A stretch of 64,000 nucleotides of DNA, taken from contig NC_045138.2 of assembly GCF_008831285.2 (NCBI RefSeq), positions 30,380,001-30,444,000 on the forward strand. The letters run 5' to 3'. Positions within the stretch are counted from its first letter, which is position 1, and each line of letters starts with the position of its first letter. Source of the stretch: Nymphaea colorata (lineage: Eukaryota). Of this stretch, positions 62,245-64,000 are shown piece after piece. The translations under genes and the position numbers were made by a program. Under the pieces are notes generated by a model. It saw only the letters and a program-made list of their open reading frames with translations, ran no database searches and was not told the DNA's origin.

Positions 62245-64000
62245 ATCTCGCTTTCTTCCTTCCCTCTCCCCCTTGAGTAGCTCTCGTTTTCGGACTCTCT
62301 TCTCTTCACAACGAGTTTCCAACACCCCGCAGTTTCTCGAATGGGTGTGACTTTCAGTCCCTTCACTCGTGAGACACTAAATACAAAATATCGCAGAAAC
62401 TATAAAACTTTTGGAACTTAACGCCGTATTCTTTCTGTAATTGGGACAGATATCGCTCATCCCCATTTGGGGTCTTTCAATTCGTCTCTGAACTCTCGAT
62501 TCGCAATTTGGCACGTTAGAAAAGCTTCGTGTTGGAAAAAAAAAGTAGCAGAATTTGCCCTGCTTTTCGGGCTCTTCGTTATAGACTTGAAATAAAAAGA
62601 CTAGATATCTTTATATTCGTTCAAAAAGAAAACCTGTAGAGTAAAGAACTAGAACTGGTGGTCTGAAGAACATTGATCTACCAACTGATAAAGCACAGTA
62701 AACAAAAGACATTGCTTGATTTTCGGAAATGTCATTAAAGAAGAGATGATGTCTCGTCTCACCTTAAAATGTTGTGGTGGTGGATGGAAAATACAATTAT
62801 TTTATGCATTTTGTTAACATTTACAATTGATCACATTATAATGCTTATTTTGAAGCTTTCAAAATAGGAATATTGGTTTTTTTACTGTTTTCTGTATTTT
62901 AATGTCAATAAAAGCTTTGAGAATAATTGAATAATAGCCATAAGCGAACCCTAATCTATTGTGGATCCTCTGATGTGATCCTAAATCAAAGCAAGCACCA
63001 AGCAACATCCAAATCCAAATCTGAACAAGACTAAAACAACTCCAACAGCAAGTGTAGGTTGAGCTATGGGTTGAATTCGTTTAGTTGGATGAGTTGAGCT
63101 CAGATTAGGTCTGTGAGCTTGTTGGTCTTCTTATATAAGCTTTGTTTTTCATGCAATGAGACACCTTTTGAGTAACAATAAGGATGTTTCATCTTCTAAA
63201 CCCATTGCTAGCGGTCCTCTGTTCTTTAAAAAGAAAATAAATGAATAAGTCTTCATGCTTGGGTTTGCTCAAACTTTATAAAGCTTAGCTCAAACTTGAG
63301 CTCAACTCAAGTTCAAGCTGAACCCAAGGTAAACTTTATATATATATATATATATTTTAAGTTGAGCTCCAGTCACCCGGCTCATATTGACCCTTACCGG
63401 TGAGTAAAGGGGATTCACTACCCAGCAAAGAACTGTAGTTTCTACTCAACTCATTGTACTCGTAAAATACAAGGTCTGCTTTTGGTGCCTAGAGGTGCTG
63501 CCTTTGCTGTGCTTCAACTTGTGTATTGATGACTCATCTTTTGAATACAAGAGGTTCATGCTCTCGACATTTGTGATGGAGACATGCGGCCTACGAGCCC
63601 CCCATCCCAAGGCAATGTATCAAATCTCCTTGTTGACCCTTATTTGCTAGGGTATTTTTGCCGGTGTTTCCTACCTCTACAAAAGGGAGAAGGTTTCATT
63701 TTGGGCTTAGAGAATGAACTTCATGCGAGCATAGCATGTTTTCACAAAGAAACTCCATGTTACCTCTACTTTTAACTTTTAAGCATGCAAATCCAAGTGA
63801 AAACGAGATAAATCTAGGGAACTTGGGAAACATCACTATTCATCATCATTAAGTTGTTGAAAAAAAAAAACCACAAATGAGTTCAAAAAATGCATAAGAA
63901 CTACCAATATAACACGAATCATGGGACTTGATACAAATTCAAAGCAAACACAGAGCAATACCCAAATCCAAATTCAAATCTATGCAAAACTGAAGCACAC

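Overview
This is flowering-plant nuclear DNA: AT-rich, with GT-AG introns, many microsatellites and dense MITE/SINE insertions. I can reconstruct six spliced protein-coding genes. They are a Sel1/HCP-like repeat protein (minus strand, runs off the left edge), a glyoxalase I-like VOC gene with a poly-Q tail, glycerophosphocholine acyltransferase (GPC1/GPCAT), two tandem cellulose synthase-like G genes (739 aa each) and an NSR/At2g42240-like RRM protein (minus strand). The intergenic DNA holds a decayed copy of the glyoxalase gene, a frameshifted orphan exon from a CAD1-like MACPF gene, a tandem 500-bp exon-like block, tRNA-derived SINEs and many short hAT-type elements with 8-bp TSDs. It also holds pieces of the RRM gene's 3' end that were copied in the CslG duplication. 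I found no clearly new biological system. The best lead is the CslG pair, which is near-identical in patches but differs strongly across the catalytic xED-QxxRW segment. Family assignments come from remembered motifs and all counts were made by eye; no searches were run.
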